Notes: generated from the sequence alone by a model not told the origin. A DNA stretch of 64,000 nt from Eledone cirrhosa (GCA_964016885.1 OZ024751.1:28892001-28956000); one strand, 5' to 3'. Counted from the first letter of the stretch, positions 12,259 through 25,755 are shown. Program-made: numbers and translations.

Positions 12259-13206
12259 TGTATAAATATCTCATTCGTGTAAGTGGTGGTGTTTCTTTCT
12301 TTCCAACACTCAGAAATAATTGTATAATATTAGAAATAATATATTTTAGTGTTATTATTACAAACGTTCTTAGTTTGATCTCACCATGAAGCTTTCAGTG
12401 AGTTGGTGAATGAAGAATAAATTCTGTGATATGAAGGGACGGGAGAGGGGGAGGTTGTCTAGGGTGGGTGGGTGGTGGGACAGAGTTCCAACAGCAAGCT
12501 CGCTTAGATTTGGACAAATTGTGTTGAGAATGTTGTTTTCTTATCAGGTTTATTGAGCTTGCGACGACGTTTGCTGGTGGATAATTCTAGGTACTTGTAT
12601 AGTAAACCCTTATCACTAAAATATACACTGCAACGCAACGTAAACCTTATCTACGGCTAACCACAAGTGATTCTTCTCGTCTCCCCAAGAGGGGACAGCA
12701 GCCTCTTCTTTTCCACACACCATTCAACCTATTTCTTTCGAAACGATTTATGACTTTTTCACTATTACGTTTCTAACGAAACCCATCAACAAATGCTTGT
12801 TACGTTGCTGCCATAAATTTTCCATGATTTCCACAGTGACATTGTGGCCATCTTGTATTTTTAGATAAAGTTTAAATGTTGTTAGGTGTGGGTGGGAGAC
12901 TGACTGACTGACTGGGTGAAGGGGGAGGGGGATGTGGATAAATATTGACCTAAGCCTGTCAAAATTTATGTTTCATTAAATATCGTTTTGGAGAGCAAAT
13001 ATTTTAAGAATTTAATGGAGTTGTCAGTTAAATAAACTCCCCAGCCACCGCCCTTTGTCCCTGCCTACCCAGTAGCAAAGATTTTGTTAAAAATATACCA
13101 ATATCTTCAAGTGAGTCTGCTAGTATTTTAATTGTGTTCCATTTGTTCAAAAGAAACCAATTTTTTCAAAAATTTCAAGTGAATCGAAACCTCCATCAGA
13201 CACCTA

Positions 13207-13395
13207 TAATTGTTTCTACTTTTTGGCACAAGGCCAGCAATTACTCAGTATATTACTGGTACTTTATTTTATCGACCCCGTAAGGATGAAAGGCAAAGTT
13301 AGCCTCAGCGGGATTTGAACTCAGAATGGCAAGGGCCGTAACTCGATGCGTCAAAGCATGGCGTCCGACCCTCTACCGATACTGCCAATCCACCG
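13207..13395 (-). mobile_element. SINE family A
   Basis: Full reverse-complement copy. CCTATAAT repeated at 13203-13210 and 13396-13403. Confidence 0.9.
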
Positions 13396-13403
13396 CCTAT
13401 AAT

Positions 13404-13720
13404 GATTTCTAGTGTATGCAGCACAAGGCCTGGAATTCCTAGAGAGGAGGAAAGGGAGTCGATTATCTTGACACCCAGTACTTTACTGGTACTTCATTTT
13501 ATCAGATGATACAAATCTCTGTAGGGAGCAGTTGCCAGAAACAATGGAAAGTTGTGAATTGTGGAGAGACTTTGTCAGAAATTTTTCACTGGTCGCAATG
13601 ATGATTTTTATCAACCCTGTAAGGATAAAAGGCAAAGTTGACCTTAGCAGGATTTGAACTTAAAACTAAAAGAACCGGAATAAATACTGCTGTGTATTTG
13701 TCTGATGCTCTGAATTGCCA
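13404..13720 (-). mobile_element. Older SINE A-related copy, interrupted
   Basis: Diverged tail at 13420-13500 and body/B-box at 13605-13660. Confidence 0.6.
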
Positions 13721-13990
13721 TTAAATTAATCACAGCCATTTGTAAGAGGAAAACATGTTATCCAACTGCAGATATCATATGTCTAATCCAATCCAATCCA
13801 GGGCCTTCTCAAACCTTTTGGAGAAACTCCTCCCTGGTTAACCTCCACTGCTTTCTGTTTGGTTTTGGTCATGTCAGGCGTGAAGCTGTACTCACCATGC
13901 TTGGCCAATCATAGGTTGGTGAGGCTATTTATTTAACTCATTGTTGAGGTGGATAGCCATTGAGTACAATAAATAAGTAATATATATATA

Positions 13991-14975
13991 TCATCATCAT
14001 CACCGTTTTACGTCCGTTCTTACACACTAGCATGGGTTAGACGGGTTGTCCTGTTGTGGGCAGTATCCGGTCGGCTGCCCTTGTCTTGCTCATACGGGAA
14101 CTGATTCTGGCTTGATTTCTACAGCTAGATGCCCTTCCTAACACCAACCTCATTTACAGTGAGTGCTGGGTGCTTTTTTACGTGGCACCTACATGTCCAC
14201 TCTACAGTGTGGGCTGGGTGCTTTTTTGCCGTGGCACCTCCACGACCAGTTTGCAGTGGGAGGGTGTGGGGGCATATTGTCCATATGCTTCAGTTTCGGC
14301 TTGTACCCGTGGGGGGTCGGGTCTTCTGCATTACTGCGTGATGCCAGAGGTCACGGTCGTGTGTCATCGCCTTTGAGAGGTGTAATTGGGTAAGGTCAGC
14401 TTTTATCACTTTATCCCAGGTCTTCTTGGGTCTCTCCACTCCGCGGTTTCCATCGACTTCTACTGTTCTGCACCTTTTTATGCAGCTGCCATCCTTCATA
14501 CGTATCACATGTCCATACCAACGCAACCACCTCTCCTGCACACACTATTTGATTCCTCTTATGCTCAGTCTCTCTCTCAATTCATTTATGCTTTGCCGTT
14601 CGCGTATATTACTATTACACATCCATCGGCTTCGTTTCTTTCTAATCTACGCAAGTCTTCCACAGACAGCAACCAGATCTCACTACCATGTAACATTGCT
14701 GTTCGTATACACGCATCATACAGTCTGCCTTTCATTTTGAGGGAAAAGCCTTTTGCAGCTAGCAGTGGCAGTAGCTCCCTGAACTTCTTCCATTCCGTTC
14801 TTACCCTAGTTATTGTACTTTCCGAACACCCACCTCCACTGCTAATTTGGTCACCTAGGTAGCAGAAGCTGTCTACTGTTTCTAGAGAGCCCTCCCAGAG
14901 TTTGGTGGTACTTGTTTCCTGTGGCTGTTTGCTGCTTGCTGTCCCAGCACAGCTGCTACATGTGAAGCCTACATT
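13991..14975 (-). mobile_element. RTE-clade LINE, 5'-truncated 3' fragment (RT C-terminus, 3' UTR and (ATG)n tail)
   Basis: ORFs 14586-15002 (FCYLGDQISSGGGC...WKKFRELLPLL...RLYDACIRTAMLHGSE) and 14290-14541 (RWYGHVIRM...RPKKTW). Frameshifted. Confidence 0.92.
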
Positions 14976-14989
14976 CTTATATATATATA

Positions 14990-15402
14990 TAATAAACAAC
15001 ACAATATAATTATTCCATTACCAAAGGTGTCACGAAGACAGGCGACCTCAACAGAGGCGTCCAAAGTCACTCAGAAGGAAAATTTAATCAATTATTATTA
15101 AATTTTTCTTCTGGTGAACGACTTCGGATGCCTCTGTTGGGGTTGCCTGTCTTCGTGATACCTTTGGTAAATGGAATAATTGTATTGTGTTGTTTATTAC
15201 ATAATATAATTATTCCATTATCCAAGGTTTCATGAAGACAGGCGACCCCAACAAAGGCATCCGAAGTCGTTCATCAGAAGGAAAATTTAATCAATTATTA
15301 TTAAATTTTCCTTCTGATGAACGACTTCGGATGCCTTTGTCGAAGTCGCCTGTCTTCATGAAACCTTGGGTAATGGAATAATTATATTGTGATGTTTATT
15401 AC
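14990..15402. repeat. Two tandem ~200-bp palindromes made of four alternating copies of a ~100-bp hammerhead-like unit
   Basis: Hairpin 1 spans 14990-15199 and hairpin 2 spans about 15201-15390. Both share the centre TTTAATCAATTATTATTAAA. Confidence 0.9.
15304..15383 (+). ncRNA. Hammerhead-like motif with a long loop 2 (best of four copies)
   Basis: CTGATGA (15314-15320), GAAAC (15360-15364), stem III ACC-TTG-GGT, GUA triplet at 15370-15372, imperfect stem I. Stem II closes as ACGA/TCGT in the sister copy at 15118-15156. Confidence 0.55.
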
Positions 15403-15889
15403 ATAATTAAATAGCTCTGTACTATACATAAAGCACTTCTTTCCTTTACCTTTTCTACGGAAATACTTCATATAAGGACATCCAGCCATAGAAAACCAGC
15501 CAGAAACACCCCTTTTGAATGAAGCATGGTCACCCGACACAATTTACTTCAAAATAGGACCCGTCTAACCTCTGCTAGCGTGGAAGATGGACGTTAATCG
15601 ACGATGATATATATATATATCTTATAAATAAAGAATCTAGTTCATTATTCCTGACGAAGACGGTGAAATGGATCTATCGTACCGAGACTAATAATATGGA
15701 GATACATAACTACTATTGATTAGTCACTATATGGATTTATCATGATCAATCAGTCTTCTGAAATGATCGTAAAACAATGAACTGATTAAGCACTAAATTC
15801 CCCTTTTTGTTTTCATTGTTTAACATATACAATCTATAATGAAGACCAGTAGTATCTTATAACACTTTCTTAAACACTTCACAGTCTGA

Positions 15890-16225
15890 GTTGTACCCTG
15901 GACATCAAGTGGACTGGCACTCACACCTACCCAGATACCCGACCTCTTCATCCAGCTCCAACCATGATGTCTCTGATTTAAGCTATGCTGGTATCTATTT
16001 TTCAAGTAAAATGGAATGTGGTAATAAGTCTTTGCTAGCCATGAAACTTGTCCAAGATAACAACTATAATTGCTCCAATTTGCTACAATTTACAGTGCAT
16101 TGCTGGAGAAGTAAGCAAGAAATTATACACAAGCTACTATTGTGGGAACTAACTTAAGGGAACCACAGTAGAGAAAGTCCTGCTCTAACCTTCATCGATC
16201 AACTCTCAGACAATACAAACCTCAG
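15890..16225 (+). mobile_element. Degenerate RTE-like LINE C-terminal fragment
   Basis: Translation LQFTVHCWRSKQEIIHKLLLWE...PALTFIDQL resembles the RTE C-terminus. Contains stops. Confidence 0.6.
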
Positions 16226-17258
16226 TAAGATTCTATAGATTCTAGATTATGGGAGGTATAAAGCCTCATAGATTCTATATTATGTGAGGTAAAGCCTTTA
16301 CCATGAAAATATAATTGTAAATATAGAGTAATCTGAATGCTAAAGGGTTAAGCAGCTTTAAAAAACTTTTTTGGATAAGCATTTCCGTAGTGAATGGTTG
16401 GAGTGGATTAACTGTATATGCAATCCCTCCCTGGGCTACATTACAGTTCATTCAGCCATAGAAAGCTTGCCAAACAAGGACCCTTCAGTTTGTGTCAAAA
16501 GACATGACAACATCTCCTCTGCACTCGATAGAACATATGACCATATTTAAGTGAGATACAGACCTCCCTGGGTTGTCTGGAAGGTCAGTAGTGATTCAGT
16601 ACTGAATTGGCCAATGTAGATCCATCCAATCCTTGCTAGTAGAGGAAGCGGACAATAAAGAAGGTTATGATGGAATGGTCTTGAAAGAGCAGAATGGGCT
16701 CACTCCACCATCTGTCTTTGTTTCCAAGATTTCAATGAGAGAACTCTGCAAGTCATCTCTCTCTCTCCCTTTCTCTCTCTCCCTTTCTCTCTCTCTTTCT
16801 CTCTTACTCCTCTTCCTCTCTCCCTTTCTCTCTTACTCCTCTTCCCCTCTCTCTCTCCCCCTCTCTTCCCCACTCTCTCAATAGATTGTAGAACCAGATC
16901 TGTAAATTACACTAAATTATCATAAAAGTATATTAAAAAAACTAAATGGCAGCTGGCATAAACATAAACAACTGTGAAAAAAAAAAATACAGTAATCGAC
17001 ATTGAATTATGTAATTATGTAGCTCATGTAAGGTGTATTTGACCACAGAAAATTGCCTGCTCTTGTCAAGGTGAGAGAGAGAGGGAAAGATGAGGTGATG
17101 TGAAAGCAAGGGAGATAATTAGGGAAGTGAAATCAGCAGTATTACAACTATTAAATACTTTAAAATGCCCCCCCCCCCCCCTCCAACTAGCTATTAGGCT
17201 AAAACGTCAATTGAAATAAATAACAATTATGTAATTAACAAAATAACTGCAATGGCTC

Positions 17259-17293
<35 letters not shown>

Positions 17294-17312
17294 GTGTATA
17301 TACACACACAGT

Positions 17313-17412
17313 GAAGGCGCATGGCTGAGTGGTTAGGGAATTGGATTCGCAGTTGCGAGGTTATCAGTTCAATTCCCGGACCGGGCGATACACTTTATTT
17401 CATGTTGCTCCT
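17313..17412 (+). mobile_element. tRNA-derived SINE head (family B)
   Basis: A box TGGCTGAGTGG and B box AGTTCAATTCC. A related head is at 29335-29412. Confidence 0.65.
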
Positions 17413-17809
17413 TCTACCTGGAATTGCGACCAGTATAAAAAATAATTATATCTATTTATTTTAGAGAAGGGCCTTAAATTTCATATAGCTCAGGGCCTCA
17501 GAAAGTGAAAGCATGACTCTGCTCACAAGGCATTGATCAACCCGAAGTTATTTAAGAGAGCAGTTACTCAAGATACTGAGCAGTAAATTTGGCCTGAACC
17601 CAGGATCTCATGGCCGTGAAACCAAACTCCATAACCACACAACCATATAGAATTTTTTGTTGGTTTCATATTTAAGGTAATGAAAGAAATTCTAGGGTGT
17701 GGGGCTAAAAAAAATTTGGTGTCTCTCCCTCCTAAAACTTAAAGTAGGATCAGAATGATAGAACACACATAAACAAGTTCTTTGAAAAAAGAAAAAAAAA
17801 AAAATCTCT

Positions 17810-18110
17810 ATATATATAGTTTGGGAGGGCCATATATTGTATATATATATTGTTATACTTTGGGAGGGCCATATATTATATATATATATTGTTATACTTT
17901 GGGAGGGCCATATATTATATATATATATTGTTATACTTTGGGAGGGCCATATATTATATATATATATTGTTATACTTTGGGAGGGCCATATATTATATAT
18001 ATATATTGTTATACTTTGGGAGGGCCATATATTATATATATATATTGTTATACTTTGGGAGGGCCATATATTATATATATATATTGTTATACTTTGGGAG
18101 GGTCATATGT
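17810..18110. repeat. 39-bp minisatellite, about 7.5 nearly perfect copies
   Basis: Unit TATATATATATTGTTATACTTTGGGAGGGCCATATATTA. Confidence 0.95.
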
Positions 18111-19192
18111 ATATAAACCTTAACTATAATAAAGAAAGGAGTGCAGGATTGCGTCCAGAATATATTTTTTTTACCCCATTTGTAAAATAAGTTGGATTAC
18201 TTTGAATAAATACTTATAAATAAATAATGAATGAATATTACATAATTTATGTGCTAAATTTTGTGGCTGTTGATTAAATATATTTTATAGCTTATTTAAA
18301 GACCTTTAAAATTCACTTCTTTAAAATTTTCAAATGTCAACACTCCCGGTTAACGGCCGCTATATTATAACACTTATAAAAATATCGCATATATTTCCGT
18401 TGCTAATTTCCTCCTAATGCAGTTTTTATATAATATCATCTTTTTTTAAAATGTATCCTGGATTACGTTACTGATTACATAAGACAGTGTAACGCAGTCT
18501 TTGTTCAATTTCTGTGTATATTGTCAATTACGATTTTATTTGATGTATCATATCTACATGTATATATACCTGCGTATAATATCAATATACACACTACACA
18601 TGCTAGCAGAAAAACCACCCGAAGGGTGGTTTTTCTGCTAGTATATATAATGTCTGGTGATTTGGAAGTAACTTTTTTGATTTAGATAAATCTCAGTATA
18701 ACTTATTATTCTATATAACCAGGTTTTTGTTGTTGTTGTTTCCACCCACCTCTCATGTTAAATATGAGCTGACTGTTATTCTTTGATGCTGTGTTGTAAA
18801 AGACATCCAAAATAAAATAAAACAAAACAAAACTAAATACAAAAATGAACTTATGAGCTTTTTTTTTGTTCTTTTTTAACACTTTCACCTTCTTTCTCCT
18901 TGTCTTTGACATTGGATGTGTTTGACTTGCAGTTCCACAATGTACCATTCCCTTGCTGCCTACCACCGGGGACAATATTTTAAACCAAAAGGATTCTTCA
19001 AACTAAAGCTAGTTTTTAAAATAAATCCTTATTCTCAACTTATTTCAAAATATGATGATAATAATAATAATAGTAATAATAATGGAAATAAAACCCACCA
19101 AGAACCAACAACTTTAAAATAATATAAAAAATAAAAAACCAACCAACCAATCTTTGCTGAAAAAGGATTGTTGTATTTTTTAGAATAGAAGT

Positions 19193-19232
<40 letters not shown>

Positions 19233-19467
19233 AAAAAAAAAGGCCCAGATTTTTGTTTCATTTTATTTGAAAGTCAGCCTGGCTTGAAGGAAGAAGCGTC
19301 ACATGAAATTTGACTTGTCATAAGTTTAACGTTAGTTGTCAGCTGGATATGTTAAGAGTCGAGGATCTTCTCTGTCTTATATACTCTTCTTCTGCTTTAA
19401 TGTGTCTAAAGATAGCCTCCTTCATGTGCATATATATATATATATATATACACACTCTCTCTCAAAG

Positions 19468-19505
<38 letters not shown>

Positions 19506-19513
19506 TCTCAAAG

Positions 19514-19553
<40 letters not shown>

Positions 19554-20118
19554 GCATATACACTCAAAGATATATATACATATATACAAACACACATACA
19601 CTCAGATATATATATATATACACACACACACATACACTCAGATATATATATATATATATACACACACACATACACTCAAAGATATATTTGTATATATATA
19701 TATGTGTGTGTGCTTATGCATATATGTGCATGTAAGTGTGCAAATGCATATGTTTACATGTATATGCATGCATATGTTTGTATGCATATATATATATATA
19801 TATCTTTTTATACTTTTTAAAACCTGATTTCTAAATATTAGTCTTGACAAAAAAGAAGCTTAACTTACATTTATGAAAAAAAGTCGATATTTAGTCTGCG
19901 GGCTAGATAAATGAGATGACTTAAAAAACAAGAGATAAAAGTGACATTTGAACTTGTTTCAGAAGTTGTATGTGTTCTTCTATTTGTTAGTCTACCTCAC
20001 AAATTATGCTTAATTTTATTGCTGTTAGCTGTTTTTAAAACCAACTCATCTGTGACTGCCTTTGGTTCTCAGATAAAACTATTGTTCTAACTCTTTTGTT
20101 AACGTATCATCATCATCC

Positions 20119-20311
20119 AACCCTTTAGCATTTAAACCGGCCATATCGAACCAGAATTCTCTCTCTTCTTTCTGTTCAAACCAGCTGTAGCAAGCTGCTC
20201 ATACTGATGTTAAGATATCAAAATCTCATTGATTCGATATTATGTGAGTTAAAGCCTTTACTGTGAAAATATAATAGTATATATAGAGTAATGTCAATGT
20301 TAAAGGGTTAA
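20119..20311. mobile_element. piggyBac-like MITE
   Basis: AA|CCCTTTAGCATT ... AATGTTAAAGGG|TTAA. Confidence 0.7.
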
Positions 20312-20782
20312 TGTTTGTTTTCTGTATTAGTAAGGGTTGAATGGGTCTTCACTGACTGAGTCCATATTCAAGCAGGGCTACTCTCAGATGGGCTGGGCGC
20401 TTCGGCCTGGGGACCTGCATCTTGCTTACATTCAACCCCATTCTTACATCCCAATCAAAAGCATGGTACATGCTACAAAGTTATACTTGATTGCAAGCGA
20501 TGGTTGTGGTTAAATTCATTATTTGTGTTTCAATTAATTTTTTATCCTTTTATTATCATTTTTCTAATGACCTGTAAGTTGGAGACACCTGATATGGATA
20601 GTTACCATAGAGAGGTCACATCATGAGAACATGAGAAGCAACGAACCTGTGAGATAGAAATGGTTTTATCATGTCACCACAAAGTGGGTGAATTTAGTAA
20701 TAGCAGTAGTAGTTTTAATAGTATTCTACTGAAAGTCACTACCTATGATTTTCAAATTACTTTGGAAATAATAGAGCCAGGT

Positions 20783-20954
20783 TTAACTCTTTAGCATTTA
20801 CATTATTCTATATTTACTATTATATTTTCATGGTAAAGTTTTTTTTTCACATAATATCAAATCTATGAGATTTTGATATTTTACAGTTGGTTTGAACAGA
20901 AAGAGGTGAGAGAATTCTGGCCAGATACGGCCGGTTTAAATGCTTGAGGGTTAA
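20783..20954. mobile_element. piggyBac-like MITE, opposite orientation
   Basis: TTAA at both ends. The interior is the reverse complement of 20119-20311. Confidence 0.7.
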
Positions 20955-21392
20955 AATGCCCAAGACACGCTGCACATCACAAGGGTGTCACAACAAATCT
21001 ATCAAGAGTTACAGGTCCATCTATAGAAATCTTAAAGGGTAGCTTGTCTACAATAGGGAGAGTAGTCAGGGTGAGAAATGCCAATCAGGTAATGTTTGAT
21101 GTATAGCTACTATTGAATTAGTTCAAATTATTGATTATTGTATCTACTCATATTACATTTACTTTCTAAAAGGATTCCATCAAAATGTTTGACCCTTCTT
21201 TTGTGGTTCACTATATCTTATTCATCATATATATATTTTCTATACAACATCTGTTTATCACAGTTGAGGAAGCTTATGGGAGGGAGTTCTGCTAGCCACA
21301 TATGTCACCATACCAACTATATGTCTATATTATATGTGTGTATAGGTTTTTACCATATTTTTGTTTCTCATATGAAAGAGGGGTTTACATGC

Positions 21393-21550
21393 TTAACCCT
21401 TTAGCATTTAAACTGGTTGTATCTGGCTGCTCATACTGATGTCAAAATAAATAATATCAAAATCTCGTAGATTTAATATTATGTGAGGTAAAGCTTTTAC
21501 TCTGAAAATACAATAGTATATATTGAATAATGTAAATACTAAAAGGTTTT
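21393..21550. mobile_element. piggyBac-like MITE
   Basis: TTAACCCTTTAGCATTTAAAC start. Same orientation as the 20119 copy. Confidence 0.65.
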
Positions 21551-21680
21551 GAGATCAAAATCATCTCTGATTCTATAATACAAAGCTATTTTAAAGTGTT
21601 TATCATCATCAGTATAGTCGTTTAACATTCGTTTTCCCTTCTAGCAAGGGTTGGACATGTTGTCGCAGACTGGTCTATAA

Positions 21681-21908
21681 TTAACCTTTTACCATTTACA
21701 TTGCTCTATATTTACTATTATATTTTCATGGTAAAGGCTTTATCTTACATAATTATCTTACATAATATTGAATCTATGAGATTCTGATGTTATTTATTTT
21801 GAGAACAATACCTTAACGTAAGCATGAGCAGCCTGTTATAGCCGGTTTGAACCGAAAGTGGTGAGAGAATTCTGGCCGGATACAGTCGGTTTAAATGCTA
21901 AAGGTTAA
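21681..21908. mobile_element. piggyBac-like MITE, opposite orientation
   Basis: TTAACCTTTTACCATT ... AATGCTAAAGGTTAA. Confidence 0.7.
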
Positions 21909-22281
21909 GAAGAGCCTCTGATCTCCTGGTGGGCAGTGGTCAGGGGCCTTGGCATACAATTCCATATTTATCATGGTACTAACATTAGGAAACTTTTCAT
22001 GTCTTTGACATACTTGAAGTGTCCCCATGACCATTGATTTGGCAAGTGTTCTATGACTAGATGCCCTTCTTATCACCAAACACTTTGCAGTGTGTACTGA
22101 GTGATCATTTATTGTATAGATGACCAACACTAGGAAGATTGTCATGTCTATGACATTGCTGAAGAGTCATCCCAACCCTTTATTTGGCAAATTTCCTGCA
22201 GCTGGATACCCTTCCTAATGCCAGCCACTTTACGTCATGTACTGGCAGGTTTTTTTCATGGTACCAGTATTACAGGGTATT

Positions 22282-22464
22282 GGTGAATTAGCAGTATCGG
22301 TAGAGGGTTGGACATCCTTTCCAACATAGTTATGGCCCTTTACGATCTGAGTTCCAATCCCACCGAGGTTAACTTTGCCTTTCATCCTTACGGGGTTGAT
22401 AAAATAAAGTACCAGTAATGTACTGGGTAATTACTGGCCTTGTGCCAAAAATAGAAACAATTAT
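22282..22464 (+). mobile_element. SINE family A
   Basis: Full-length diverged copy. Confidence 0.88.
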
Positions 22465-22690
22465 TACAGGATGAACTGGGTGTTTTTTTTTTGTTGTACC
22501 AGTAGGGCTGCATTACAGGGTGGATTGGGTGCTCTTTTGTTGTGGTACCAGTAGGACTACATGACAGGTGGACTGGGTGCTCTTTTGTCGTGGTACCAGG
22601 TGGACTAGGTGTTTTTTTGTCATGGTCCTGGTAGGGTCACATTACAGGGTAGAGTGGGTGTTTTTTTTTTTTTGTCATGGTACTAATGCA
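22465..22690. repeat. Degenerate ~45-50-bp tandem repeat
   Basis: Recurrent TACAGG.TGGA.TGGGTG.T.TTTTGT..TGGTACCAG. Confidence 0.6.
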
Positions 22691-22774
22691 CCTCTTGTCA
22701 AAAGCCATTCATTTGTCATATTTTGTTTATACTTCTAAACCTCCTCCTCCTCATCATCGTTTTTATATTTATCT

Positions 22775-22935
22775 GTCCAAGCTGGCATGTATTAGACAAG
22801 TCTTCTTCAACACAACATCCCAACCCTTGTCTCTCTCTTTCCTTCGTCTTGGGCAGGTCTTTCTTGAGACCAGCTTTCTCTACTTCTGCCCATGTTACCT
22901 TTTTCTTGGTCTTCCTCATCCACAGTTTCCTTCCA
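22775..22935 (-). mobile_element. Degenerate RTE 3' end
   Basis: Translation RKTKKKVTWAEVEKAGLKKDLPKTKERER resembles the 45570 family. Tail at 22750-22760. Confidence 0.45.
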
Positions 22936-23892
22936 CTTGGTCTTCCTCATCATCATCCCTCCTCTTGGTATTTCCTTTCCCATTTTTAATGATCTCTCTG
23001 TGTAAAAGGCATGAACATCACAACAGATCATTCATTCCTTTCTTTGAAATAAATAAATAACCTTTTGTTGTTTAGTAAAAAATATAGAAAAAAATATTCA
23101 AGAAAGAATCAAAATGAAAGAACTAACAATATCAGGCATGGTTTGTTCCTTCATCTTATCAACATTTATTGTTTTTACAGTTGTTTTTACAGTTGTTTTT
23201 ATTTATTTATTATTTTTTTTTTTCAAAGCTTCTGTGAAATTAGGTTAAAGAATAGGAAGTGGTGGGTGGGTGGTTGGGTGGGTGGCATGGATCATTTACA
23301 TAGAATTGTAGCATATTTATTCAATGTAATAATTATATTACACACAATGTATACATATATATATGCACACATCTATACACTCACAAATATACATATTCAT
23401 ACATATATTTATATATACACATACACACATACATACATAAACACATATATATATATATACATACTCATATATATACACACACATATTTATGCACATGCAC
23501 ACACACACACACATACATATATTTATATACACACATATACATATATACACACACACACACACACATACACATATGCACATTCACATACACACACAGGTGG
23601 AGAGGAAGACATTGTTTATTTAATTCTATAGGCTCATTTATGTCCTAATTTTTTGTAGTGTTTTTATATTTAAACATAATTTCTCTTATTTTATGTGATC
23701 ATTCATATATGTTTATTTATGAATATATATGTGTATATATATATATATGTATATATATGTGTGTGATGTGATCATTCATATATGTTTATTTATGAATATA
23801 TATGTGTATATATATGTGTATATATATATATATGTATATATATGTGTGTGATGTGATCATTCATATGTGTTTATTTATGAATATATGTGTGT

Positions 23893-23932
<40 letters not shown>

Positions 23933-24779
23933 TGTGTGTGAGTATATATATATATATATATATATATTCTGTGTGTGAGTATATATATGTGTGTTATGTG
24001 TTCATATGTTTATATGTATATGTGTGTGTGTATATATATGTATGTGTGTGCATGCATTTGATATTTATTTATGTGTATGCATATATGCATGTTTGATATA
24101 TTTGTGTGTTTGCATATATGTATATATATATCTATATGTTTAAGATAATTGTGTGTGTGTGTGTGTGTGTATGTATATATATATATATATATGTATATGT
24201 ATATATATATGTTTATGTATGTATTGTCTGTAATGTACTTGAATAATGCATGAAAACATTCTCTTGATACCTTTCATTGTTCCTGTACAGGGGGTAGGAG
24301 GGGGGGTTATACATTCTCTCCTCCTCCTCGTTACTTTCTCCAATCCTTCTCCCCCCCCCCCCTTATGTCCCTCCCATCCCACCACCACCTTTTGTTTCCA
24401 CAGGAAATCATTAATATGTATAGATATGAGCAATAACATTCATTGACGTTCTCCTTAACCTGCCAACAGGCTTTTGTAATACCATAATTTGTCAAGTTTT
24501 TTCCTTGTTGTAGTTGCTTCTTTTTCTTCTTTGAAACCATTTTCTGCTACCCACTTCACTTGCCACTGTTTTAGGGGTGGGAGTGAGATTGAAGTGGGGT
24601 GTGTGGGTCAAAATTACCTTCTTTTTAAAAAAAATATCAATTCTCTATACTCTTTCTTCTTCTTTCCCCGTTCTGAAAGATTTAAATATATATAATATAC
24701 ATACATCTTTCACTCTATAGCTATCTATTTATCTATATATATCTATATATCTATATATATTGTTCTAACTCTTTCTTTC

Positions 24780-24825
<46 letters not shown>

Positions 24826-24864
24826 GCTCTATCTCTGTATATATATATATATATAATTGCTCTA

Positions 24865-24915
<51 letters not shown>

Positions 24916-24921
24916 GCTCTA

Positions 24922-24955
<34 letters not shown>

Positions 24956-25045
24956 TGTGTGTATTGCCTTTACTTCATTATATATATATCATTCCAACTC
25001 TCTCTCATATATATCTTGTTCTATCTCTATATATATCTCTGTGTG

Positions 25046-25088
<43 letters not shown>

Positions 25089-25166
25089 GTGTGTGTGTGT
25101 ACTTATATATTGTCTTTTACTTCATTACTATATGTATGTGTGTATATATATATATGTATGTATGTA

Positions 25167-25219
<53 letters not shown>

Positions 25220-25632
25220 TGTATATGTGTATATATATGTGTGTGTATATTTATATATATGTGTGTGTATATATGTGTATATATATGTGTGTGTTTATAT
25301 ATATATATTTCTATATATATTCTCTCTCCACACCCTACACATGTCCATGATGAAGACATTAGTGTACAGAGTAAGAAGAAAGGAAAGAAAGATGGCAAGT
25401 AGGCAGGTGAAATATTAAAAATTATTTAACAAGTTGTTCCAACATTGGCACCAATATAATTCTGGTGACATCTACGTACTAATTTTCTTCCCGTCTACTG
25501 TAAAAGAAATTTAATAAACACTTTAGAAATGCTCAATTCATTTCATATTTAACTGGTGTGTGTATATATATATATATGTGTGAATATATATATATATATG
25601 TGTGAATGTGGCTGTGTATATATATGTTGTTG

Positions 25633-25675
<43 letters not shown>

Positions 25676-25723
25676 TGTGTGTATATGTGAGTGTATATAT
25701 ATATCGTTTAACGTCCATCTCCC

Positions 25724-25755
<32 letters not shown>

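Noticed and set aside
15641-15700. CTGACGA...GAAAT...ATC hammerhead-like core
   Set aside because: Stems I and II cannot be formed convincingly.
17782-18190. Regular array resembling a CRISPR array or repeat protein
   Set aside because: Identical 39-bp units with no unique spacers, in a eukaryotic context with no cas genes.
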